Positions 29,974 through 39,314 of a stretch of DNA of 64,000 nt are shown one piece after another (position 1 is the first letter of the stretch; each line of letters starts with the position of its first letter). The translations under genes and the position numbers were made by a program. Under the pieces are notes generated by a model. The model saw nothing but the letters and a program-made list of their open reading frames with translations. It was not told the origin of the DNA and made no database searches. Source of the stretch: a virus. Where the stretch lies: IMG/VR virus record IMGVR_UViG_3300044641_005643. The stretch is one strand, 5' to 3'.

Positions 29974-31417
29974 TGCCGCGGCCACAGTTATTAACACACA
30001 AGGCGATATACTTTTTGCTGGTCATAGCGAACGATACAGTAAAAAGAAAAATGATCAAAATTTTTGTCAAGGACTACTTGATGATGTTTTACCCTACGGT
30101 CCAGAAACGGTTGCATATTACGAACGACCTTGGAAAAAGCAATTACGCAGATTTTATTCAGGCGAAGGTGTCAATTGGAATTCGCTAACAGTTAAACAAA
30201 TTCTAAAACAACAACTAGGTGGTTGGATAGAACCTGACCGTGTTTGTAGTTTTAATCATCACCTAAGTCATGCAGCAGCGGGTTTTCAAACTAGCCCATA
30301 TGATCGTGCAACAGTGGTTGTTATTGATGCCATAGGTGAATGGGATACGATTAGCATATGGGGTGCAGAATATGATAGTAGAGGTTATGCACACTATAAA
30401 CGTCTATGGGGACAACGATATCCTCATAGTATAGGTTTATTTTATAGTGCAATGACCAAACGAGTGGGTCTCAAACCCAACGAAGATGAATATATTCTGA
30501 TGGGTATGAGTGCATATGGTCGTAATAGCTATGCGACCTCTTTACAAGATTTGTATGTTGATAACGAATGGACAGCTACATTTAAACAAAATTTGCATAT
30601 AGGCTCAGATGAAAAATTTATACCAGACATACATGACTCGGATTTAGCACAAGCTGCACAAAAAGTTTTAGAAAGATTAGTGTATAATATAATGCGTCGT
30701 GCTAGAGACTTTGCGTGGAGCACCAATCTAGTATACATGGGTGGCGTGGCCTTAAACTGTTTAGCAAATAGAAACTTAGGAGAGTATTTTGAAAACATTT
30801 GGATTATGCCTAATCCTGGTGATGCTGGTAGCAGCCTTGGTGCTGCCGCACTTGAATATGGGCGTCGTGTTAATTGGGTTAATGCTTATCTTGGTCACCG
30901 TATACCGGGACCATATCCCGTTACGCCTATTCTTGACGCTTTGTTATCTGACGGGATTTGCGGTGTTGCTAGCGGTCGCGCTGAGTTCGGGCCTCGTGCG
31001 TTAGGTAATAGAAGTCTATTGGCTGATCCAAGAGGACCCAATATAAAGGATAGAGTAAATGAAATCAAACGCAGACAAAAATTTAGACCCTTTGCCCCTG
31101 TCATACTGGAAGAGATGGCTGATCAGTATTTTATTTTCCGCAACGGGTGGCATAATAGCCGTTACATGCAGTCAGTCGCTCAGTGTAGGTATCCTAACCG
31201 TTTTCCTGCTATATGTCATTATGATGGCACCAGTAGAGTACAAACAGTTCCGCGAGATGATTCAGGAATCAGAGAACTGTTAGAAAAATGGTTCATGCTG
31301 ACCGATTGCCCTATGTTGCTAAACACAAGTTTAAACATAAAAGGTGAGCCTATGGTCAATGATAGAGCTGATGCAGATAGATTTGAAAGTAAATACCATG
31401 TACAGGTGTTTTCATGA
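29939..31417 (+). CDS. Carbamoyltransferase (NodU/CmcH/TobZ family)
   Basis: HDAAA, ERYS..K, HHLSHAA, DAIGE, GGVALNC, GDAG, EFGPRALGNRS, FRPFAP, LNTSLN..GEP. Confidence 0.93.
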   Translation: MNILGISAGFHDAAATVINTQGDILFAGHSERYSKKKNDQNFCQGLLDDVLPYGPETVAYYERPWKKQLRRFYSGEGVNWNSLTVKQILKQQLGGWIEPDRVCSFNHHLSHAAAGFQTSPYDRATVVVIDAIGEWDTISIWGAEYDSRGYAHYKRLWGQRYPHSIGLFYSAMTKRVGLKPNEDEYILMGMSAYGRNSYATSLQDLYVDNEWTATFKQNLHIGSDEKFIPDIHDSDLAQAAQKVLERLVYNIMRRARDFAWSTNLVYMGGVALNCLANRNLGEYFENIWIMPNPGDAGSSLGAAALEYGRRVNWVNAYLGHRIPGPYPVTPILDALLSDGICGVASGRAEFGPRALGNRSLLADPRGPNIKDRVNEIKRRQKFRPFAPVILEEMADQYFIFRNGWHNSRYMQSVAQCRYPNRFPAICHYDGTSRVQTVPRDDSGIRELLEKWFMLTDCPMLLNTSLNIKGEPMVNDRADADRFESKYHVQVFS

Positions 31418-31845
31418 CAACTAGAATACTTATAATGGGGTTACCAGGTGCAGGAAAGACTACATTGGCCCTTAACTTACTCAATTACTTTAGTCCTGAT
31501 GTTCTTTGGCTTAATGCAGACGAAATTAGAAGAAAGTTTAATGATTGGGATTTTAGCTATAAAGGAAGAATTCGTCAAAGTCGGCGTATGCGAGAAATAG
31601 CAGATGTGTCAAATAGAGATTACATTATTGCAGATTTTGTTTGCCCACTTGAAGAAATGCGTGAAATCTTTGATCCTGATTTTCTAATATGGGTCGATAC
31701 AATCTCAGAAGGAAGATTTGAAGATACTAATCGAGCATTTGTACCACCTGATCAGTATGATGTTAGAGTAACAGAACAAGATGCAGATAAATGGGCAAAA
31801 ATAATTTATGAACAAATATCACATAAGATTCAATCACGAACATAA
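31414..31845 (+). CDS. Adenylyl-sulfate (APS) kinase-like P-loop kinase
   Basis: GLPGAGKTT Walker A; NAD..R...DWDFS..GR.RQ; DFVCP; short (143 aa). Confidence 0.7.
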   Translation: MTTRILIMGLPGAGKTTLALNLLNYFSPDVLWLNADEIRRKFNDWDFSYKGRIRQSRRMREIADVSNRDYIIADFVCPLEEMREIFDPDFLIWVDTISEGRFEDTNRAFVPPDQYDVRVTEQDADKWAKIIYEQISHKIQSRT

Positions 31846-32026
31846 CGGCACTGGCCTAGTATGGAGAGTGTTTGAAAATGGTGTTGAACATTTGGTAAAA
31901 CATTTAAATATTCAGGTACCAATGTCTGATGCCATAACTTACGAAAATGATATTGAAAAATTTAATGTATATTGTGAAGGATTTTTAAATATACAGAGCA
32001 ATACTGCCATTATAACCGGAGTTTAA
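31808..32026 (+). CDS. Hypothetical protein
   Basis: 72-aa ORF in the operon, overlapping the upstream gene. Confidence 0.55.
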   Translation: MNKYHIRFNHEHNGTGLVWRVFENGVEHLVKHLNIQVPMSDAITYENDIEKFNVYCEGFLNIQSNTAIITGV

Positions 32027-32028
32027 TC

Positions 32029-32472
32029 ATGAAAGAAAAATTTAAACAGGCATACATGCAAACTGCACAAACTTTTGCAGAATTAAGTCACGCTCGTAGA
32101 TTAAAAGTGGGCTGTATTATAGTCAAGGATGATAGGATAATCAGTATTGGTTACAACGGAATGCCAGCCGGCTGGGATAACAACTGCGAACACGAAATGA
32201 AATGGCCCAACGGCGAGATTAGATTTTTACAGACCAAAGAAGAAGTGTTGCATGCAGAATCAAATGCGATTGCTAAATTGGCCCGTTCTGTAGAAAGCGG
32301 AGAAGGTGCAAGTTTATTTGTAACGCATAGTCCTTGTTTGGATTGTGCTAAACTTATCTATCAGGCAGGAATTAAAAATGTGTATTATCTAAACGATTAT
32401 AGAGATGATACCGGTATTCAATTTTTAATCAAATCTACAATACAAGTTGAGAAAATGCAGAATCAAGATTAA
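32029..32472 (+). CDS. dCMP deaminase
   Basis: VGC.IV...IISIGYNG, HAE.NA, PCxxC zinc motifs. Confidence 0.92.
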   Translation: MKEKFKQAYMQTAQTFAELSHARRLKVGCIIVKDDRIISIGYNGMPAGWDNNCEHEMKWPNGEIRFLQTKEEVLHAESNAIAKLARSVESGEGASLFVTHSPCLDCAKLIYQAGIKNVYYLNDYRDDTGIQFLIKSTIQVEKMQNQD

Positions 32473-33601
32473 TTGTTAGCTCAGTCCAAACATCGTTGAT
32501 AAATTGTTTTGAATAAAATCTGTTAAAGTTGTGTTCTAAGGTATCTTCCATTTCTAACATTAAGTCAGACAAGTCGTGATGTGAAAGCTTACAAATATTT
32601 TCGACGATATCACATACTTTTGATAAACGTTGTATAGGATCTTTGCATTGGTCATAGCTTTCGTCCCACCATTTGTCAAAAGTTTTGAATCCATATTCTT
32701 TTAGATAAGATAAATTTCCTTCTGAACCTAGCAAAACAAAAGGCTGTTTTAGAACTATTGGTTTAAATATTTTTTCAGTTAAATGTTTTTTTTGGTCCCA
32801 AAAACAAGTTTCAGTAACTACATGTAAAAAACTTGATATTGACATAGATATAGGACCTACAGTAAAACTGTCATTTGTTATTTGTTCATTTATAGATCCG
32901 TCAATTCTAAGATCTGTGGCCAAGTGGTGCTCTATTAGATTATAAGATTCTTTTAAAAATTCGTTTGATACTCCATACTCTTTTGCATAAAGTAAATTTT
33001 TTTTCAAACTTCCATGAACCGGACAGTTTTTGCTATAACTGATCATTCCATCGTGCAAAATATTTCTACGAATTAATTCTGCTATCAGTAAAGATCTATA
33101 CACTCTACTGTTTCCTGTAATTCTATTAAAACTAATGTATTTTTTTTCAAAACGTCTTTGTTTAATAGGAGTAATTTTAAAATCGTATTCATATCCCCTA
33201 TACCAATCAGAGGCAGCTAATGCATGATAAAAATAATAACAGTCAATAAACGGAAATTCTTTTAATATCTTTTCTTTCTCTATGCTATCTTTTTCTGTGT
33301 TTAACAATATAATAGGGGTCAATTTAAGATCATATTTTTCCCAATTTACTTGTATTAATGGTAAAATATCAAATGATGCCTTTAAATTCACATCTGTAAA
33401 TAAAAATTTGTTATAATGATGAATTAAAGGTTCTTGATCATAACAAAACAAAACTGGACCAGGTTTGTCGTTAGTTCTCAATATTTCTACATTCTGTACA
33501 AGTGTTGCACCAAATGGGAATAGATATTTGACAGTTGGATTTTCTAAATGTAGCCTTGCGTACGAGTAAATATTTTCGTAATGACTATGAATATTATACA
33601 T
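32435..33601 (-). CDS. GT10/fucosyltransferase-like protein, inverted relative to its neighbours
   Basis: HVVTET...LTEKIFKPI...PF.LLG resembles the GT10 ENs..dYvTEK...vPv.G motif; low GC. Confidence 0.5.
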   Translation of the reverse strand: MYNIHSHYENIYSYARLHLENPTVKYLFPFGATLVQNVEILRTNDKPGPVLFCYDQEPLIHHYNKFLFTDVNLKASFDILPLIQVNWEKYDLKLTPIILLNTEKDSIEKEKILKEFPFIDCYYFYHALAASDWYRGYEYDFKITPIKQRRFEKKYISFNRITGNSRVYRSLLIAELIRRNILHDGMISYSKNCPVHGSLKKNLLYAKEYGVSNEFLKESYNLIEHHLATDLRIDGSINEQITNDSFTVGPISMSISSFLHVVTETCFWDQKKHLTEKIFKPIVLKQPFVLLGSEGNLSYLKEYGFKTFDKWWDESYDQCKDPIQRLSKVCDIVENICKLSHHDLSDLMLEMEDTLEHNFNRFYSKQFINDVWTELTINLDSAFSQLVL

Positions 33602-35423
33602 GCTTGATATTTTTTATTTAGGTTCAAAACCAAATCTTTTTGCGTTCGAAAAAGAAGCAGAGAGTATTTTTGCTGCTGCTAGGTATAGTAAAACAAAGTT
33701 TTACTGGTTTATTTATGGTTCCAATGATTACAGCAATTTTGATTTTGATTGGCGGCCTGCTCCTTGGGAACAACATCACATACACTGTTTTGGAACCCAA
33801 TGGCAGAGAACAGGTGGGGCTTATCTAGTTAATAAAGATACTGTGCATAATAAAGAATGGCATTTTAGAACAGAGCAAAAAGTCACACGCTGTGTTGAGA
33901 AATCTCGTTGGATCATACCTGACAATGTTGATGACTCGGGATTTGATTATAGTTGGCACCCAGATGAGTTAGAACCAGATTATGAATATCATTTTGCTAC
34001 CAATTGGCAACGCGACGGTGGTCCTATATATCCGGGAACGGCCGGAATAAAATATGTTGGCAGTCAAAAGATTCGTGCCAACGCAACTCAAATATTCTAC
34101 ATGGATTTCCTTAATGCCGAAAGCCAATCACAATATTCTAATCTGCAAAAAACATTTCCAGATATTAAACTTACTCGTTACGTTGATAATCACTTGAATG
34201 TTTTTAAGCGTATAGTAAATCTTGCTTCTACAGAATTCATATGGATTACCAGTAGTATTTGTGATTACAGCAAGTTTGATTTTACATGGCATCCTGATCC
34301 TTCGCAGCGAGAAATGGTGCATGTGTTTGCCAGCGGAACACAACGTAGAGGTGATACATTTTACATACATGTTGAATCATTCAAGCAACAATTGTATGAA
34401 TTGGAATTGTTAGATTGGTTCAATGTTATCAACTACTCTACAGATCAAACAGTTAATAGATTTCGAGAACCTACTGTTGTGTACGAAGGTGACACTATCG
34501 TTGATGCAGTCAAAAATTATCAATTTGATTTTCCTTATGCTACATTTATCAACAGCAATGAATTCGTATATCGGGAAGAAACTATTTGTTTATGGTCTGC
34601 AAAGGATAGAGTAGCCGTACCTATCACCTGTAATGCATCCACATCTGTAATTCCTAGAGATGCAAAAAGTTATGTGAAAACACAAATATATGATTATCCT
34701 TATATCGTAAAAGATACAAAAAAAACACCAAACAAACCTTTAGACATTGTGTTTATTAGTAACGGGGAACCAGATGAAGAATTGATGTTTCATCATACAG
34801 AATACATGACCAACAGTGATGTAAAATGGATCCGTGGTATAAATGGTCGCGTGGCAGCTTATCAAGCAGCAGCAAGAGCAAGCACAACACCTTGGTTCTT
34901 TGCTGTTTGGGCAAAACTTGAAGTAAGTGGAGGATCGTTTCCTTGGCGCGAGTGGCAACCAGATCTTTGGCAACAGCCTAAACATTACATATTTAATGCC
35001 AAAAATCCTGTAAATGGTCTGGAATATGGTCATCAAGGTATGGTAGCATATAATAAAAAATTAGTGCTAGAAAACAATAATCCAGGTATTGATTTTACGT
35101 TAAGCCAACCCCATGAATCTGTGCCGTTGCTTAGTGGAGTAGCAAGATTTAATCAAAATGCATGGATGACCTGGCGTACTGCATTTAGAGAAGTTCTCAA
35201 ACTAAAACATTTTATGGTTACTCAACCTACACTAGAAACCGAGTATAGATTAGATGTTTGGCCAAAAGTTGCAAATGGAGACTATGCCGAATGGTGTCTG
35301 CGAGGTGCTGCTGATGCCGAGATTTATTATAACGAAGTGAACGGCAATTATGACAAACTTATGTTGAGTTTTGAATGGGCATGGCTAAAAGACAAGTTTA
35401 ATTATCTATATAAAAACAACTGA
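33600..35423 (+). CDS. Multi-module glycosyltransferase-like protein
   Basis: Three FD(F/Y)xWxP repeats; C-terminal domain paralogous to 17408..18337 (LDIVFIS..EP, N..NGL.YG, WR.AFRE). Confidence 0.55.
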   Translation: MLDIFYLGSKPNLFAFEKEAESIFAAARYSKTKFYWFIYGSNDYSNFDFDWRPAPWEQHHIHCFGTQWQRTGGAYLVNKDTVHNKEWHFRTEQKVTRCVEKSRWIIPDNVDDSGFDYSWHPDELEPDYEYHFATNWQRDGGPIYPGTAGIKYVGSQKIRANATQIFYMDFLNAESQSQYSNLQKTFPDIKLTRYVDNHLNVFKRIVNLASTEFIWITSSICDYSKFDFTWHPDPSQREMVHVFASGTQRRGDTFYIHVESFKQQLYELELLDWFNVINYSTDQTVNRFREPTVVYEGDTIVDAVKNYQFDFPYATFINSNEFVYREETICLWSAKDRVAVPITCNASTSVIPRDAKSYVKTQIYDYPYIVKDTKKTPNKPLDIVFISNGEPDEELMFHHTEYMTNSDVKWIRGINGRVAAYQAAARASTTPWFFAVWAKLEVSGGSFPWREWQPDLWQQPKHYIFNAKNPVNGLEYGHQGMVAYNKKLVLENNNPGIDFTLSQPHESVPLLSGVARFNQNAWMTWRTAFREVLKLKHFMVTQPTLETEYRLDVWPKVANGDYAEWCLRGAADAEIYYNEVNGNYDKLMLSFEWAWLKDKFNYLYKNN

Positions 35424-35430
35424 GTGTGCT

Positions 35431-36408
35431 TTAATTATTTCCTAATTTGTTTTGCCAGTAATAAGAAGATCGAAACCACTCGTGATATTTTACGAATCCT
35501 TCTTCCACATTGGTGGTTGGAGCATACCCAAAGTCTTTGACTGCACGATCAATGTTCAATCTACCACGCTTGGGAAAGGCCAAGTCTCTATCTTCTATCT
35601 GTAGGCTACCTTGGCCAGCTATGTTTATTGCCAGTTCAGCTGCATCTTTTAAAGTGTATTGCTGCTCTGCACTGCGAGTGATATTGTAAATCTTGTTGGC
35701 ACTGTTTGCGCTTATGGTGGCCTGAACAATGCCCATGGCAGCATCTTGCACATAGGTAAAGTCCAACACTTCGTTGGCGCCTTTTACTCGTAACACATCA
35801 CCGCGCATAGCCGCTAACATAAACTTGCTGACCACTCGATCTTCTACGTCTAATTCACCATATACTGCACTGGGGCGAATGATCACCGATTCAAATCCGT
35901 ACTGGCGGGCGTAGTCTTCCACTAGTTTTTCGCCCATGTACTTCATGATGCCGTATTGACCAATTGGCCTACAGATAGCATCTTCATTCACATCTGACTC
36001 AAAGTCTCCGTACACCATGCTGGAGCTGATATATACAAATCTTTTGATCCTGTTAAATCTAGCTGCTTCCAATAGATTGATTAGACCGGTTGCCATAACT
36101 TCACTGGCAACCACAGGATTTTGACTGACAACTTTTTGTCTTGGAAAACTGGCCAGATGAACAACGGTGTCGCAGTTAAAGATGCCTATTCTGGTTCTTA
36201 AGTCGTCGGTGTTTCTGATATCAGCCACAAGCGGCACTGCACGTATTCTTTTAAATCTTTCTTTTAAAAGATAATCCAGTTCTGCCTGCGGCACAAAGCC
36301 GTATGTGGTTCTATTGTCAATACCAAAACATTCAATGCCACGTTGCTCAAAAAAACGCACAACATTGTGGCCAATGAATCCACCAGCACCTGTTATAAAT
36401 ATTTTCAT
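35431..36408 (-). CDS. NAD-dependent nucleotide-sugar epimerase/dehydratase
   Basis: TGAGGFIG, SSSMVYG, YGIMK (YxxxK), DFTYV. Confidence 0.9.
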   Translation of the reverse strand: MKIFITGAGGFIGHNVVRFFEQRGIECFGIDNRTTYGFVPQAELDYLLKERFKRIRAVPLVADIRNTDDLRTRIGIFNCDTVVHLASFPRQKVVSQNPVVASEVMATGLINLLEAARFNRIKRFVYISSSMVYGDFESDVNEDAICRPIGQYGIMKYMGEKLVEDYARQYGFESVIIRPSAVYGELDVEDRVVSKFMLAAMRGDVLRVKGANEVLDFTYVQDAAMGIVQATISANSANKIYNITRSAEQQYTLKDAAELAINIAGQGSLQIEDRDLAFPKRGRLNIDRAVKDFGYAPTTNVEEGFVKYHEWFRSSYYWQNKLGNN

Positions 36409-36635
36409 TGATATTTTAGTCTAAAATAAGTCGCTGCTTCAGGACTGAGCTTGCCTGTAATCACAACACGATAGCCCATTGTAGTTGGATCTGGTGTGAC
36501 ATGAAACACGGGTTGTTCTGTGACATTTGCCATCACCCACTTACCATGTTCGGTCTGTTGCCATTCGCCTATAGGGAATCCTGCATACAGATAAGGATCC
36601 TCCACATCAGGCATGTTAAATTCATGCAGTATCAT
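36405..36635 (-). CDS. Hypothetical protein
   Basis: 76-aa ORF coupled to both neighbours by ATGA overlaps. Confidence 0.6.
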   Translation of the reverse strand: MILHEFNMPDVEDPYLYAGFPIGEWQQTEHGKWVMANVTEQPVFHVTPDPTTMGYRVVITGKLSPEAATYFRLKYQ

Positions 36636-37549
36636 ACTGCCATTCGAGCCTTGATAGGTTCATGCGATTGATATCCGTCTAACACAATATCACCCATCGT
36701 AAATTCTGTAATTTCTTGTATGCCTGGACTTAATAGCAGTCGTGGAGCAGGTAATGGCTCACGCTTTAACTGTTCTTTTACCTGATCTACATGGTCCAGA
36801 TATATATGTGCATCGCCGAGTACATGAACAAACTCGCCTACATCGAGGCCGCACACATGAGCAATCATGTGTGTCAGCAAACTGTAGCTTGCTATGTTAA
36901 AAGGAACTCCCAAGAACATATCACAAGAACGCTGGTACATCTGGCACGACAACTTTCCATCTGCTACATAAAACTGTGCAAAACAATGACACGGCGGCAA
37001 AGCCATACGGTCCAGCTCTCCGGGGTTCCATGCAGTCAGTATTTGCCTACGACCGTAGGGATCAGATCGAATACCGTCAATCAACTGTTTTAGTTGATCC
37101 ACTTCTCGTACTTCAACATCGTTGCCTTGCCTGCGATATGCAACACCAAAGTCATCTCTAAACGTACCACCAGCAGCTCTGGGTTTAACAGTACGCCACC
37201 GACGCCATTGCACACCATACACACGACCAAGGTCGCCTTCAAATTTAGCACGAGGCCGCCAATAAGGAGCCATTGCATTTGGAGTCCAGATAGTTACCAC
37301 GCCGTCTCGAGTGCCGTGAGTAATTTCTGCGAGCCTACGCTCATCTCCGGATCCTTCAATCATCCACAACAGTTCGCCTACCACACTCTTCCAGGCAAGT
37401 TTTTTTGTAGTAACAGCTGGGAAACCTTGGCTCAAATCATATCGTTGTTGCATACCAAATTTGCTTATGGTGCCTACACCCGTACGATCATCTCTGCGTG
37501 TGCCTGTTTCTAATACATCACGTAAGGCCGTTAAATATTGTTGTTCCAT
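36632..37549 (-). CDS. thyA: Thymidylate synthase
   Basis: DRTGVGT, ELLW, YG.QWR, LPPCH, YQRSCD..LGVPFNIASY, DAHIY. Confidence 0.96.
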   Translation of the reverse strand: MEQQYLTALRDVLETGTRRDDRTGVGTISKFGMQQRYDLSQGFPAVTTKKLAWKSVVGELLWMIEGSGDERRLAEITHGTRDGVVTIWTPNAMAPYWRPRAKFEGDLGRVYGVQWRRWRTVKPRAAGGTFRDDFGVAYRRQGNDVEVREVDQLKQLIDGIRSDPYGRRQILTAWNPGELDRMALPPCHCFAQFYVADGKLSCQMYQRSCDMFLGVPFNIASYSLLTHMIAHVCGLDVGEFVHVLGDAHIYLDHVDQVKEQLKREPLPAPRLLLSPGIQEITEFTMGDIVLDGYQSHEPIKARMAV

Positions 37550-38056
37550 TTATAAAGGTCTAAAAATATCTACGTTTTTGTAGATACTAAAGTTTAACAT
37601 TTTATCTGCGCTAGGTCTAGAACTAGTAATCCGCATACCAGTCATAAATGCCCGCATATCTATTCTAACATCACTGAATGCGGCACCTTTCCTGTGCGTA
37701 ACATATGCGTAATCTATAAGGTCCTTGCATTCCATAATAATGTCCGGACCGCCAATGATAAAAACATTTTTGTTTGGATAAAGAGTCTGTAGTGCTCGAA
37801 TCTGCGTTTTATAATCACCTGACAATCTTCTAACAGTATTATAGCCCAGTGGTTTGTTTGATATAACACAGTTGATCCTGTCCGGTAAGGGCTTTTTCAT
37901 TTTGGGATCGTTCCAGGTGTTACGGCCCATGACCACAATTTGATTTAGGGTATGTTCGCGGAACCAGGCCATGTCTTCCTGATCGATAGGCCAAGGCAAA
38001 GTTCCACGATTACCAAATGTGCCCACTTGGTCGGTGGCAAAAATTGTACAAATCAT
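37550..38056 (-). CDS. folA: Dihydrofolate reductase
   Basis: G..GTLPW...DM.WF...T...VVMGRNTW, LPDR.N, IIGG; adjacent to thyA. Confidence 0.9.
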   Translation of the reverse strand: MICTIFATDQVGTFGNRGTLPWPIDQEDMAWFREHTLNQIVVMGRNTWNDPKMKKPLPDRINCVISNKPLGYNTVRRLSGDYKTQIRALQTLYPNKNVFIIGGPDIIMECKDLIDYAYVTHRKGAAFSDVRIDMRAFMTGMRITSSRPSADKMLNFSIYKNVDIFRPL

Positions 38057-38388
38057 AAGTTTTTCAGTAGTTCGTCGGTGGCAGGTTGCACTGCCTTTTG
38101 CACTGCTGCCACACTGATATAAAAATCAATGTCTTCAATTATATAGTCTAGAGCGGTGAGTTTGGTTTTCAACATTTTTTCAAGAACGTCTGGATCATTA
38201 CCTTCGTCTAACAGTTCTTTGATATTGATATTTACGATAGTGCCGTCTGTTAAATTAACTGACACACTTTCTAGTAGACCAATGGGAATCTCTTTTTTCT
38301 CTACCGATTTTAAAATTGATTCCCATTGTGTTTTGCTGTTTAAGTTAAGCCGCTTGCTTTTTTGTTTTTTTGGTTTCTGTTCCGACAT
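38053..38388 (-). CDS. Hypothetical protein
   Basis: 111-aa ORF coupled to folA. Confidence 0.6.
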   Translation of the reverse strand: MSEQKPKKQKSKRLNLNSKTQWESILKSVEKKEIPIGLLESVSVNLTDGTIVNINIKELLDEGNDPDVLEKMLKTKLTALDYIIEDIDFYISVAAVQKAVQPATDELLKNL

Positions 38389-39019
38389 TATCGACCTTTG
38401 GACTTAGACTTTGTGCTTCTGCTTTCAATCTTTCTGCTTCAGCCAACAACTGTTTGGCACTGGCTTCCATTTTTTGTGCCTGTTCTAAACGTTGTGAGGC
38501 CAAGTCTGAATCCGAAAGCATGCCGGACAACATGTCAGCTGCACTGGTATTGCCCTGTGCTTCTCGGGTACGACGTTCGCCAACTTCTTGGATTTCTGCA
38601 CGCCGTGGTTTTTGTTTGCCGGTCATGCCGCGACTGGCATCAATTTCTTGTAGTTTTTTGACAGCTTCTTCGCCTTTTTGCATCTCGTCCAAGATGTCGT
38701 TTAGTTCATCAAGGCGAACACTCGAATTTGATGTTGGAGTAACTAGAACTTGATTGGTAGGTACTTTCTTCATCAATCCGTTACGATGCAGACTTTCTAA
38801 ACAGTTATGTCCATCGGCCATGATTGTTCTGAATAGTACATCACTCAACTCTCTTGCTTCTTGACCCTGCGGACTTTCTAGTGCTCGCATGATTTCGTCG
38901 TGAATCATTCTTGGCAATAAGTCGCTGTAAACTACCAGTGCCATGTGATCTAGTTCGGGGATTTTTCTAAAGACAATGACACATCTCTTGTCGTTGTGTT
39001 TGCCGACATGTTTTAACAT
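38345..39019 (-). CDS. Hypothetical protein with C-terminal coiled coil
   Basis: 224-aa ORF with AGGAG SD. Confidence 0.65.
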   Translation of the reverse strand: MLKHVGKHNDKRCVIVFRKIPELDHMALVVYSDLLPRMIHDEIMRALESPQGQEARELSDVLFRTIMADGHNCLESLHRNGLMKKVPTNQVLVTPTSNSSVRLDELNDILDEMQKGEEAVKKLQEIDASRGMTGKQKPRRAEIQEVGERRTREAQGNTSAADMLSGMLSDSDLASQRLEQAQKMEASAKQLLAEAERLKAEAQSLSPKVDNVGTETKKTKKQAA

Positions 39020-39037
39020 AAAGTTTCTCCTTGATTT

Positions 39038-39259
39038 TTATACAGATTGTTCTGCGGGCTGTTCAGCGGGTGCTGATTTATTTATGGCGCCGCTGGCTTC
39101 TAAAAATTTATAAAGACGGTCATAAACTGTGCCAACAGCACTGAGTTCGTCGGCTTTGATAGCGCCGCGTTCGCTGGTTACTCGAATCAGATTTAGCAAT
39201 AATACTAGATCCGATAGAGCTAGATTTGGTTGTTCGGGTGTTTGAGGATTTTCGTCCAT
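39038..39259 (-). CDS. Hypothetical protein
   Basis: 73-aa ORF with GGAGA SD. Confidence 0.6.
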   Translation of the reverse strand: MDENPQTPEQPNLALSDLVLLLNLIRVTSERGAIKADELSAVGTVYDRLYKFLEASGAINKSAPAEQPAEQSV

Positions 39260-39263
39260 TTGT

Positions 39264-39295
39264 TCTCCATTAAAGTTACATATATTTAATGGAGA
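39264..39295 (-). promoter_or_regulatory. SD-sequestering hairpin overlapping a late-promoter-like box
   Basis: Perfect 11-bp inverted repeat tctccattaaa/tttaatggaga; the 3' arm holds the SD of 39259 and the 5' arm/loop holds ATTAAATA. Confidence 0.6.
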
Positions 39296-39314
39296 CAGGA
39301 TCTATTGAATTTTT

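Noticed and set aside
36632-37549. thyA as a dCMP/dUMP hydroxymethylase supplying a glycosylatable pyrimidine
   Set aside because: It keeps the canonical PCH, YQRSCD and PFN (Asn specifying dUMP) motifs and sits beside folA, so it looks like an ordinary thymidylate synthase despite a ~20-aa insertion.
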